Source: Candidatus Saccharimonadota bacterium (GTDB lineage Bacteria; Patescibacteriota; Patescibacteriia; 2-12-FULL-60-25). From it: a DNA stretch of 32,000 nt. Under the pieces are notes generated by a model. The model had not been told where the DNA came from and did no database searches. It was given only the letters and a program-made list of their open reading frames with translations. Positions 17,632 to 25,269 of this stretch are shown in pieces. The DNA is taken from the NCBI GenBank assembly GCA_022843095.1, contig JALHOH010000001.1, positions 600,001 to 632,000 of the forward strand. The letters run 5' to 3'. Positions within the stretch are counted from its first letter, which is position 1. Each line of letters begins with the position of its first letter. The translations under genes were made by a program, and so were the position numbers.

Positions 17632-19382
17632 GCATCGTTGTTGTTTTGATTGCGCTCGGCATTGCCGCGAGATTTTTTCAGCTCCAGGTGCTTGAACATG
17701 ATCTTTATCGTGTTCTGGCATCTGATCAACACGAAGTGCAGGCCTCACTGATTCCGCGTCGCGGGACGATTTACGTGCGCGATCGAGCGGATAAAAAGGT
17801 GTTTCCCGTTGCCATGGATCGGGATGCGTGGCAGGTGTACGCCGTCCCACGTGAGATGAAAGATAAGGCAAAAGTGGCGGAAGAGGCGTCACCCATTCTT
17901 GGGATTCCCTCCGCGGAGTTATTGGCGCTGTGGACGCCGACCACGACCTACAAAGTGCTGGTAAAGGATGCGCCACTGGGCATGGTTGATACGCTTCGAG
18001 AAAAGCGCATTCCAGGCATCGGGGTAAACAAGGGGTTGGCGCGGGAATACCCGGAGCGTGGGATCGGCGGGCAGTTTTTGGGATTTGTTTCGTTGAATGA
18101 AGAGAACCATCGGGTGGGGCGGTATGGCATCGAGGGGGCGAATGACGCGACGCTCGCCGGAACCTACGGATCCATCGTTGCAGAGAAAGACGCGGCAGGG
18201 CGCCGACTGACGATCGGGGATATCCAAATGATCGCCTCGAACGATGGGTCGGATTTGGTGCTCACGATCGATCGCAACGTTCAATATTTTGTCTGTGCAA
18301 AGATCGCCGAAGCGGTCCGGCGTTTTGAAGCAGAGTCGGGAACGGTGGTGATCATGGAGCCAAACACCGGGGCGTTGATTGCGCTTTGCAGTGCGCCGGA
18401 TTTTGAACCATCAACCTACCGCGAAGCAAAAGACATCTCCGTCCTCAATAATCCTGCGACGTTTTACGCCTGGGAACCGGGATCGATTTTTAAGCCGCTC
18501 ACGCTTGCGGCGGGAATCGAACGCGGCAAAATAACGCCGCGCAGCACCTACACGGACAAAGGGGAGGAAACGATGGATGATTTTACGGTGCGTAACTCTG
18601 ACAAAAAGGCACATGGCGTACAGACGATGACGCAGGTGTTGGAAAAATCGTTGAACACCGGGACCATCCACGTGCAGCGCTTGTTGGGGAAGGAGGCGTT
18701 TCGTGAGTTTGTGGTGAAATTCGGGTTTGGGGAAAAGACGGGGATCGAAATGCAGACCGAGGCCAAGGGGAATATCGCCTCGCTGGTAAAAAAGGGGCAG
18801 ATTTTTGCCGCGACCGCTTCGTACGGTCAGGGGATCACGACGACACCGATTCAGATGGTGGCATCTTTTGGTGCGCTTGCGAACGGCGGGGTGTTGATGA
18901 AGCCGTATGTGATTGCGGAGACGATTGATCCAGACGGAGTTGTGACAGCGACCAAACCCCAAGAAGTCAGACGCGTCATCAGCGAGCGGACGGGTCAGCT
19001 GGTGACGGCCATGATGGTGAATGTGGTCGAGAATGGACACGGAAAAAAGGCGGGCGTGCCGGGGTATTGGGTTGCGGGAAAAACGGGGACGGCACAGGTG
19101 CCGGATCCAAACGGTCGCGGATATCTTCCAGATGCGACGATCGGATCCTTTGCGGGATATGCGCCGGCGGAAAAACCGGTGTTTGTGATGCTCGTCAAAA
19201 TCGATAAGCCAAAAACGGTGCAATACGCCGAAGCGTCTGCTGCGCCAATTTTTGGCGAAATTGCCGCGTATTTGTTGCAGTACTACCAAGTTCCGCCCGA
19301 ACGTCCGATCGTGAAACCGCCACCACCCGTGCCAACTCCTCCGCCGACGGCGACGCAGCCTTCGACGTCCACGACGCGTTAA
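17559..19382 (+). CDS. class B penicillin-binding protein (transpeptidase, FtsI/PBP2-like)
   Basis: ATG 17559 is followed by a TM helix (ITGVSIVVVLIALGIAARFF). Motifs are SIFK (SxxK), SLN (SxN) and KTGTA (KTG). The tail is proline-rich. Confidence 0.9.
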   Translation: MGRVVYAKPKKEAGPSPERRITGVSIVVVLIALGIAARFFQLQVLEHDLYRVLASDQHEVQASLIPRRGTIYVRDRADKKVFPVAMDRDAWQVYAVPREMKDKAKVAEEASPILGIPSAELLALWTPTTTYKVLVKDAPLGMVDTLREKRIPGIGVNKGLAREYPERGIGGQFLGFVSLNEENHRVGRYGIEGANDATLAGTYGSIVAEKDAAGRRLTIGDIQMIASNDGSDLVLTIDRNVQYFVCAKIAEAVRRFEAESGTVVIMEPNTGALIALCSAPDFEPSTYREAKDISVLNNPATFYAWEPGSIFKPLTLAAGIERGKITPRSTYTDKGEETMDDFTVRNSDKKAHGVQTMTQVLEKSLNTGTIHVQRLLGKEAFREFVVKFGFGEKTGIEMQTEAKGNIASLVKKGQIFAATASYGQGITTTPIQMVASFGALANGGVLMKPYVIAETIDPDGVVTATKPQEVRRVISERTGQLVTAMMVNVVENGHGKKAGVPGYWVAGKTGTAQVPDPNGRGYLPDATIGSFAGYAPAEKPVFVMLVKIDKPKTVQYAEASAAPIFGEIAAYLLQYYQVPPERPIVKPPPPVPTPPPTATQPSTSTTR

Positions 19383-19423
19383 CTTGCGAGGAAGCAGGCG
19401 AACGCGTACGCTTTTTTTATTCT

Positions 19424-20770
19424 ATGTTGCAGCAATCGCTTGAACGATGGCTTGGACGAATGGCGAAACGGACCATCCGTCGTGAGCGTCCAACCGTGAT
19501 TGGGATCACCGGGTCTGTTGGAAAATCCTCCACGAAAGAGGCGATCCGTGCGGTGCTTGCATCCGTCGTTCCTGCGTCAGCGCTGTGTGTGACGCGAAAA
19601 AACTACAACAATGAATTAGGCGTACCGCTAACCTTGTTTGGCCTGTCGTCTCCGGGGCGCTCGCCGTTGGCATGGGCACGGTTGCTTTGGACAGCATGGC
19701 TGCATGGCATGGGATTGCGTCGCACGGGATATCGCGTGCTCGTGCTCGAGATGGGTGCGGACAAGCCCGGGGATTTGGCGTACTTGACCTCAATCGCGCC
19801 CCCTTCGGTGTCTGTGGTGACGGCCGTAACCCCAGAAGATCCCTCGATGGCGCCGGTTCATGCGGAGCAGTATCCCTCTGTCGATGCCGTGGCGCAGGAA
19901 AAATCGACGTTGGTGCGCGTGTTGGGGGAAGAGGGGATCGCCATCCTGAATGCGGATGACATGCGCGTCTTTGGGATGCGTCATCTTACGCGTGCAAAAA
20001 CACTGACGTTTGGTGAAACGGATGCTTCGCACGTGCGCATTTTGTCCACGTCGGTACGCATGGCGGACGATGCACATGGACGCGTGCCAACCGGTGTTGA
20101 GGCGCTGTTTGAAGTGCGTGGAATGCGGATGACGGTGTATTTGCCCGGCGTCTTTGGTCGTTCGGCTGCCTATGCGCTTGCAGCGGCGCTTGCAGTGCGC
20201 GTGGCGCTTGGATACGCGGTGGATCCACGTGAAGACATTGGCGCGCTCCTTACGCCGATGGCGGGGCGCGTGCGGATTCTTCCGGGGATCAAACACACGA
20301 CCTTGTTTGATGATTCCTACAACTCGTCGCCTGTGGCGGTGCTTTCGGCGTTGCGTGATTTGGCGGCGCTGGATTTGTTGCCGGGACAGCGGCGCGCAGC
20401 GTGTCTGGGGGAGATGCGTGAGCTTGGCCCACAGACCGAAATGCTGCATCGCCGCGTGGGGGAAGAGGCGGCAAAGCGCGGGATTGACCTTCTTGTTTGC
20501 TGTGGTACATTTGCGCACGCGATGGCAGATGGCGCACGCGCCGCCGGGATGACGGAAGACCGTCTTCGGATCATTGAGGACACGCCGGAAGCGGGATTAT
20601 TCCTGCAGGAGTGGATCAAGCCTGGAGACGTGATTCTCGCCAAAGCCTCGCAAGGTACAAAGTCAACAAAAGGCGTTCGCATGGAGCGCGTCATCAAGGA
20701 ATTGATGGCCGAACCACTGCGCGCAAAAGAGTTGTTGTGCCGCCAGGAAGCGCGCTGGAACGAGGTGTGA
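19424..20770 (+). CDS. murF: UDP-N-acetylmuramoyl-tripeptide--D-alanyl-D-alanine ligase
   Basis: It has the Mur ligase P-loop VIGITGSVGKSSTKE, NYNNELGVPLT and DDSYNSSP. The stop codon abuts the first base of tRNA-Glu. Confidence 0.9.
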   Translation: MLQQSLERWLGRMAKRTIRRERPTVIGITGSVGKSSTKEAIRAVLASVVPASALCVTRKNYNNELGVPLTLFGLSSPGRSPLAWARLLWTAWLHGMGLRRTGYRVLVLEMGADKPGDLAYLTSIAPPSVSVVTAVTPEDPSMAPVHAEQYPSVDAVAQEKSTLVRVLGEEGIAILNADDMRVFGMRHLTRAKTLTFGETDASHVRILSTSVRMADDAHGRVPTGVEALFEVRGMRMTVYLPGVFGRSAAYALAAALAVRVALGYAVDPREDIGALLTPMAGRVRILPGIKHTTLFDDSYNSSPVAVLSALRDLAALDLLPGQRRAACLGEMRELGPQTEMLHRRVGEEAAKRGIDLLVCCGTFAHAMADGARAAGMTEDRLRIIEDTPEAGLFLQEWIKPGDVILAKASQGTKSTKGVRMERVIKELMAEPLRAKELLCRQEARWNEV

Positions 20771-20845
20771 GGCCTCATCGTTTAATGGCTAGGACAACCC
20801 CCTCTCACGGGGTAAATAGGGGTTCGATTCCCCTTGGGGCTGCCA
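20771..20845 (+). tRNA. tRNA-Glu (anticodon CUC), CCA encoded
   Basis: Hand-folded cloverleaf: GGCCTCA-TC-GTTT-AATGGCTA-GGAC-A-ACCCC-CTCTCAC-GGGGT-AAAT-AGGGG-TTCGATT-CCCCT-TGGGGCT-G-CCA. The anticodon loop is CU-CUC-AC. There is a G1:U72 wobble. Confidence 0.9.
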
Positions 20846-22516
20846 TGTTGAAGACCGCGCTGTTTGCCCCTCGGCATCGGCGCGGTCTTCTTCTATTTTC
20901 AGCGGAAAACGCGCACTCGTGTGTGGGTTCGATCCCCGCATCGTCGACGGTGCCAGCCCTGTTGAAGTCCTGCCCCTCGAAACACGCACAATGGCCTTCT
21001 GTTTCGAAAGAATCTCCGTCGAAAACGTGGGGTTCGATCCTTCGCCCCCGAGCAAGAGAAGTGGTTCCACCAATGAGACCGTGACTCCGCGTCGCCGGAT
21101 CTCGATCCGAGCGCAGGTCTCACCAACAAGCCGCCGTCGCTCCTCGGGGGGTGCGTGCCGGAACGCGAGCGAGATCTGGGCGGCGAGCTGCACGAACCCC
21201 CGCACCTTCTCCGCAGTGCGTTGCTCGTGCGCCTCGGGCGCTCGGAGCGTTCGCTCCTGGTCGAGTCGCTCGGCGACGAGCGCTTGTTTGCGCGTGAGGT
21301 AGTCGGATTCGTCCAGTACCCCACGAACGCAGAGCGTTGTGAGGCGTTCGAGCTCGAGCGAGATCTCCTCGATCCGGCGGCGGGCTGCCGCGAGGGTAGC
21401 CCGCTTCGCCTCGGCCTCGGCGCGCTCAGTGCCGTCGAGTTGTGCGAGCGCCCATTCCTCGAAACCGGGCGGTAGTTCGACGTCCCGAAAGGCAGCCTCG
21501 ATCGCGTGGTCGATCCAGCGTTCTTCGAGGTGCGGGCGCTCGCAAACGCCCAGCTCGTTCTTCCGGCGCGAACAGCGATAGTACACGTACTCACTCCCGA
21601 ACCGGTTCACGTGGCGCTCGGAGGTTGTTCCTCGCCCACATTCACTGCAGCGAAGCAGGCCACGGTATGTGAAGCGGTAGCGCTTCGGGCGGGGAGCGTG
21701 GCGAGTCTTCAGAATCGCCTGCACGCGTGCGAATTCGGCTGCAGTCACGACTGGCACATGCGCGCCTTCGTACACCTCGTCGCCGTGGCGGAGCACTCCC
21801 GAATAGAACGGGTTGTGCAGCATGTGGTGGATGCTCACGAGCGGGAGCGGTCCTGCGGGATGGCGACGCGTGCCCCGTGTGCGCAGCCCGAGCGTTTTGT
21901 CAGCGTAGATGGTCGCATCATGGAGACTCATCGTCCCAGAGAGGAAACGACGAAACAGCGCTCGGACGAGCGGAAACCGTTCGGGATCGGGGATCGTTGC
22001 CCCCGCACCACGGCCTCGTGCAGCGGGAGACTCCTTGAGGTAGCCGAGCGGAACAATGCCCGTCCAGCGTCCCGACTGGAGTACCGCGCGGTTTCCTCGC
22101 TTCACGTTGTCGGAAAGATCATCGACGTACTTCTTGGACATCCCGAAGTCGAGGTTCAGCATGAACTTGTCGTCTCCAGTGTTCCGGAACGTGCGACCCG
22201 GGGTTAGAATCTGCCCGATCTTGCGTCGGTCGAGCGCGTCGATGACCTGGCCGCCGTCGAGCGCATTCCGCGCCAGGCGGTCAGGCTTCCAGCACAGAAT
22301 CCCTGCGACGGGCCGCCGCTCGAGCGCAGCCATCATGGCGCCGAACACGGGGCGTCCCGGGGTACGGGCGCTCTGCGCTTCCTCGAAGGTGCGCGAGATC
22401 GTGATCCCGTTTCGGGCAGCGAGTTCGCGGAGTTCGGCGATCTGCGCCGAGATCGACGCGATCTGGCGGTCATCTTCCTCGGTGGACTTGCGTACGTAGA
22501 GAAACCATGTGGACAT
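20789..22516 (-). CDS. large serine recombinase (integrase)
   Basis: The N-terminal resolvase domain is MSTWFLYVRKSTEEDDRQIASISAQ (catalytic Ser in RKST), followed by a recombinase domain (GRWTGIVPLGY). The zinc ribbon is CSECGRGTTSERHVNRFGSEYVYYRCSRRKNELGVC, followed by a coiled coil. The recognisable protein ends near aa 490 (about nt 21045). The remaining ~85 codons run through the T-arm repeats and 57 nt of tRNA-Glu before the first stop. Confidence 0.9.
   Translation of the reverse strand: MSTWFLYVRKSTEEDDRQIASISAQIAELRELAARNGITISRTFEEAQSARTPGRPVFGAMMAALERRPVAGILCWKPDRLARNALDGGQVIDALDRRKIGQILTPGRTFRNTGDDKFMLNLDFGMSKKYVDDLSDNVKRGNRAVLQSGRWTGIVPLGYLKESPAARGRGAGATIPDPERFPLVRALFRRFLSGTMSLHDATIYADKTLGLRTRGTRRHPAGPLPLVSIHHMLHNPFYSGVLRHGDEVYEGAHVPVVTAAEFARVQAILKTRHAPRPKRYRFTYRGLLRCSECGRGTTSERHVNRFGSEYVYYRCSRRKNELGVCERPHLEERWIDHAIEAAFRDVELPPGFEEWALAQLDGTERAEAEAKRATLAAARRRIEEISLELERLTTLCVRGVLDESDYLTRKQALVAERLDQERTLRAPEAHEQRTAEKVRGFVQLAAQISLAFRHAPPEERRRLVGETCARIEIRRRGVTVSLVEPLLLLGGEGSNPTFSTEILSKQKAIVRVSRGRTSTGLAPSTMRGSNPHTSARFPLKIEEDRADAEGQTARSSTWQPQGESNPYLPRERGLS
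20851..20900 (+). terminator. rho-independent terminator after tRNA-Glu
   Basis: A 10-bp stem pairs AAGACCGCGC (20851-60) with GCGCGGTCTT (20880-89), has a 19-nt loop and is followed by CTTCTATTTTC. Confidence 0.6.
20905..20968 (+). repeat. degenerate tRNA 3'-half-like repeat (unit 2)
   Basis: GAAAACG...GTGGGTTCGATCCCCGC...GGTGCCAGCCCTGTTGAAGTCC parallels tRNA-Glu plus its flank (GTAAATAGGGGTTCGATTCCCC...GCTGCCATGTTGAAGACC). No matching 5' half or cloverleaf is present. Confidence 0.5.
21021..21072 (+). repeat. degenerate tRNA 3'-half-like repeat (unit 3)
   Basis: GAAAACGTGGGGTTCGATCC repeats the variable-loop/T-arm pattern of units 1 and 2 at about 105-nt spacing. The segment ends in GGTTCCACCA and sits at the GC-content transition. 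Confidence 0.45.
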
Positions 22517-22552
22517 ATGGAGAGGTAAGTTCGTGAGTCTCGTGGAATTGCC

Positions 22553-22753
22553 TCATTTGGAACCAGAGTCGTCAACGGATGACTCCGACGCCGAGTCATG
22601 CAGCCGGTCGACAAACCGGGCCATACCCGCGTACGCACGCAAAAACGCCTGCGCCCGCACGGTCGCTTCTTCGCGAGATAGGTCTCGGCCGTAGTTCGAG
22701 CGCCAGAGCGCGCGAAACTCCTCGATGGCGCGCGGCGAAAGCCCAGGAATCAT
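22553..22753 (-). CDS. small helical protein upstream of and co-oriented with the recombinase (possible accessory or directionality factor)
   Basis: An internal ATG at 22753 in ORF 22553..22969 gives the 66-aa product MIPGLSPRAIEEFRALWRSNYGRDLSREEATVRAQAFLRAYAGMARFVDRLHDSASESSVDDSGSK. It ends 37 nt upstream of the recombinase start. The functional role is inferred from position only. Confidence 0.45.
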   Translation of the reverse strand: MIPGLSPRAIEEFRALWRSNYGRDLSREEATVRAQAFLRAYAGMARFVDRLHDSASESSVDDSGSK

Positions 22754-22814
22754 AGACTTCCATTCTTCCCGCAAAGCTGGCGTACGGTCAGGGGACGAAA
22801 TTGCAGAAAACCAC

Positions 22815-22840
22815 AAAAGAGTCCACAGGGGGACTCTTTT
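22815..22840. terminator. bidirectional terminator-like hairpin
   Basis: A perfect 10-bp stem pairs AAAAGAGTCC (22815-24) with GGACTCTTTT (22831-40), with a 6-nt loop. An A-run lies on one side and a T-run on the other, so a stem followed by a U-tract forms on both strands. Confidence 0.55.
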
Positions 22841-23107
22841 GTGTTGGGCATGGGGATCGAGTGTGGATAACCCAGGGGGAATCCTCAAATTCGTCCCCCT
22901 TACCGCTTCGCTCCGATGTGGCATCCTCGGAGAGCAGGAGTCGAACAGAGATCGAACACCCGAGATCACGCCCGCTTACCAGGGCTCGCGTGATTCCGGA
23001 CTGCCTCTTTGGCCCGCCGTTTGGATTCGGAGCGCGGACGCAACCCTATCGGTCTTGCGTTCCCTCCGCAACAGACCGCGGTCCGGAGAGTAACCAACTC
23101 TCTCCGT

Positions 23108-23770
23108 ATGGACCGCGTTTTTCAGTTTGCGCGGGCGTCTTCGATGCCCCTCGCAGCCATTGTGCTCGCCCCTCGTTGGGGTGGCCTCGTCGTCCTGGAT
23201 CGCTTCGGGCTCGCCTTGCGTCCAGGCGAAACCGAGCGCCCGCACGTCCCCGAGACGGCCGGGACGCTCGCCTTTCAGACCGTGTCACTCCGCGCGGCCA
23301 AGACGCCTGAGCATCGCCGTCGTGCGGTGCGGCGGATCGTCGGGCGCATCGTGCGGGGGCACCGCCCTGCGCTCCTCGTTGTTGGACGCATTGGCCGTGA
23401 AGGCCCCATCCACCGCGAACTGCGCACGCATGCCGTCCAAGCTGCAGACCTCCACGAGATCCAGGCTGAGATCCGCCCTGTGCCCAACGCCAAAGCGTCG
23501 CTCCTCGGACCTGGGATGCACCCAGAGGGCGCGCTCGCTGCCGTCCTCACCCGAACCGTCTGCCCGGTGCTCGACGCCCTGCGCACGGCCCGTGGCGACG
23601 TCCGGCGGTATCGCGCCCACGCATGGAGCGCGCTCGCCATCGCCGTCACGGCATACGCCGAATACTGCCCCTGGAGCCTCCAGGCGCTCGCCGACGTGTC
23701 TTCCATTCCCATCGGGCTCGCAGACGCGCTCCGCCGTTCCCTCGCTCATTCTTCGCACTCCCTTCCATGA
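23108..23770 (+). CDS. hypothetical protein (alternating beta/alpha pattern, possibly RNase H-like fold)
   Basis: ATG 23108 within ORF 23009..23770 gives MDRVFQFARASSMPLAAIVLAPRWGGLVVLD...RPALLVVGRIG...RAHAWSALAIAVTAY. It ends in an ATGA overlap with the next gene. The fold assignment is a guess from the pattern. Confidence 0.5.
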   Translation: MDRVFQFARASSMPLAAIVLAPRWGGLVVLDRFGLALRPGETERPHVPETAGTLAFQTVSLRAAKTPEHRRRAVRRIVGRIVRGHRPALLVVGRIGREGPIHRELRTHAVQAADLHEIQAEIRPVPNAKASLLGPGMHPEGALAAVLTRTVCPVLDALRTARGDVRRYRAHAWSALAIAVTAYAEYCPWSLQALADVSSIPIGLADALRRSLAHSSHSLP

Positions 23771-24090
23771 ACGACCCACTGTCCCTCCGCCGCGGAGAGA
23801 TGGCGCGAGCGCTCCTGCGCCTGACCGCGCCGGATGTGCTCGTGCTCATCGCGCTCTCGCTCGCCGCAGATCCCGTGACCGCAAGACTCACCCTCGTGCG
23901 CGAAGACCTGGCCGTACGCCTCGCCGTTCCGCTCGACCGTATCCAAAGAGCCCTCGATCGCTTGGTGCGCCACGGCTTCGTTGCGCGCATCGGCGTCGAA
24001 GGGGACGCCGAGCTGCTCGAGCTCGTGCACGTCCTTCATCGCGTCGGGCAGCCACCCGCGCATCTGCCATTTGAACCCATGATGCTATGA
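23767..24090 (+). CDS. winged helix-turn-helix DNA-binding protein
   Basis: ATG 23767 is in the frame of ORF 23623..24090, giving MNDPLSLRRGEMARALLRLTAPDVLVLIALSLAADPVTARLTLVREDLAVRLAVPLDRIQRALDRLVRHGFVARIG. This is a MarR/Rep-like wHTH pattern. Confidence 0.6.
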   Translation: MNDPLSLRRGEMARALLRLTAPDVLVLIALSLAADPVTARLTLVREDLAVRLAVPLDRIQRALDRLVRHGFVARIGVEGDAELLELVHVLHRVGQPPAHLPFEPMML

Positions 24091-24731
24091 CCCTGAACCC
24101 TTGGGTCCCCGTCTCGATCGCCTGCAGCGGTCGCACGCGGACCCTGCCGCTCCTCTCCTTGGCGGTTGCGCTGCGTGTCGACACGCAGAGGCTTGAGATT
24201 TCTCTTCGTGTGTTTCTTGGGCTCGGAGAGTTCGCCGAGTTTTCCGGCGAGTTCTCGCAGCCGGAACGTTCCGAACCGAACGTTTCCGTTCCGTCCGAAC
24301 CGAACGTTACGTTCGATTCTGTACCGTCCGAACGATCCGAACGATCCGAACGAACGTCTCTGTACCCATCAACGTTGGGTTCATCAGGCGCCCCCTTCAA
24401 AGGGGCTCCTGATGAACACCCAAACGATCAGAACGAACGTTCCGAAACGTTGCGCGCGAACGACGAAACGACGCTCGACGAAGCCGCGAAGGTGCTCGCG
24501 CTCGCGCTGGACGACCTCCCGAACATCGCGGCGATCCGGGTGCTCGTTCGCGCGCATCCGCCAGAGCGGCTCGAAGAAGCGCTCAAGCGAACGATCGCGA
24601 TCGCCTCGACCGATGTGCGTCGCTCGCGCGGCGCGATCTTCACCGGCATCACCAAGCGCCTCGCCGCCATCGGCTGGCGCTCCGACTCACGCTCTCCCGC
24701 CCCCTATGCACCACCGCCCACCGCGCCGTGA
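24087..24731 (+). CDS. putative replication protein whose central low-complexity part coincides with the iterons (alternative: only the C-terminal 93 codons from TTG 24450 are coding)
   Basis: There is an ATGA overlap with the wHTH gene. The only Met is M1. The central part, ERSEPNVSVPSEPNVTFDSVPSERSERSERTS, is the translation of the DNA repeats. The C-terminal part, LDEAAKVLALALDDLPNIAAIRVLVRAHPPERLEEALKRTIAIASTDVRRSRGAIFTGITKRL, resembles C-terminal helical modules of phage/plasmid replication proteins (from memory). Confidence 0.4.
   Translation: MTLNPWVPVSIACSGRTRTLPLLSLAVALRVDTQRLEISLRVFLGLGEFAEFSGEFSQPERSEPNVSVPSEPNVTFDSVPSERSERSERTSLYPSTLGSSGAPFKGAPDEHPNDQNERSETLRANDETTLDEAAKVLALALDDLPNIAAIRVLVRAHPPERLEEALKRTIAIASTDVRRSRGAIFTGITKRLAAIGWRSDSRSPAPYAPPPTAP
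24263..24354. repeat. iteron-like direct repeats (putative replication origin core)
   Basis: The 14-mer CCGAACCGAACGTT occurs at 24271-84 and 24295-308 (24-bp period). Tandem 9-mers CCGAACGAT, CCGAACGAT and CCGAACGAA occupy 24328-54, bracketed by CTGTACC at 24319 and 24360. The palindromic hexamer AACGTT occurs 6 times between 24265 and 24451. Confidence 0.6.
24380..24416. repeat. 15-bp inverted repeat adjacent to the iterons
   Basis: TTCATCAGGCGCCCC (24380-94) pairs with GGGGCTCCTGATGAA (24402-16) at 14 of 15 positions, with a 7-nt spacer. Confidence 0.6.
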
Positions 24732-25269
24732 TCCCCGTGTGCTCGCGCTCGTCGCGTCCTGCGAAGGCATCGCGTTCGCTGCGCTCGATGCGTGGAACGT
24801 CCGCGCCCTCGGCACCTTCGCCGCAGACGAACCCATCACGCTCGCGCTCGTGCGGCTCATCTTGCGCACGCGCCCCTCGCACATCGTCCTCGCGGGACCA
24901 CGCTCGTCACGCACACGTATTCAACCGCTCCTTCGCACGCTTGCGGAGCGTTCCGGGCTCGGTCTGCTCGTTCTCGATCGCGCCGCAGCGACGGCGCTCA
25001 CAGCGCGCGCACCGTCCATGGACGAGCTCCGTCTCGCGTACCCCGAGCTCGTCGTGATGGACACGCCACACGCAGAGCCCGCCCTCATTCTCGCGGTCGC
25101 GTCACTCACGCACGCGCCGCTTCACCCTCGTCGATATGCACCAACCGTTGCTCGTTCCCATGCCTCCGCCGTGGCTCTCCCGCGCACAGGACGCCCTCAC
25201 GCTGTACCGAGTCCTCGAAGATCGGCAGCTTGCCGTCCTCGTGGAGCGTCCCCTCGAAGAAGTCCGTGA
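24706..25269 (+). CDS. hypothetical protein, weakly similar in pattern to the 23108..23770 product
   Basis: Only the part of ORF 24166..25269 from ATG 24706 looks protein-like: MHHRPPRRDPRVLALVASCEGIAFAALD...SHIVLAGP...LGLLVLD...HAEPALILAVASLTHA. The last ~45 codons overlap the next gene and may not be genuine. Confidence 0.45.
   Translation: MHHRPPRRDPRVLALVASCEGIAFAALDAWNVRALGTFAADEPITLALVRLILRTRPSHIVLAGPRSSRTRIQPLLRTLAERSGLGLLVLDRAAATALTARAPSMDELRLAYPELVVMDTPHAEPALILAVASLTHAPLHPRRYAPTVARSHASAVALPRTGRPHAVPSPRRSAACRPRGASPRRSP

Noticed and set aside
8575-19289. Long antisense ORFs inside housekeeping genes, e.g. 8575..9420(-), 9502..10137(-), 13016..13750(-), 13972..14646(-), 16192..17259(-), 18411..19289(-) and 19790..20518(-)
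   Set aside because: Each lies wholly within and opposite to a gene with unambiguous family motifs (valS, argS, rarA, PBP, murF). Their translations are His/Arg/Pro-rich with no domain signatures.
20905-21072. additional tRNA genes downstream of tRNA-Glu
   Set aside because: Only variable-loop/T-arm-like segments are present. There are no D-arm, anticodon arm or matching acceptor 5' strands, so these are treated as degenerate repeats.
22919-23012. minus-strand tRNA gene (GTTCGA T-loop motifs and ...GCCA end)
   Set aside because: Neither T-loop has a complementary 5-bp T-stem. No 5' acceptor strand complementary to the 3' end sits at tRNA distance. The central hairpin is 10 bp with an 8-nt loop, which is not an anticodon arm.
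24230-24470. CRISPR array
   Set aside because: The repeats are 6-14 bp, irregularly spaced and partly tandem, with no 25-40 bp repeat/spacer periodicity. No cas genes are present.
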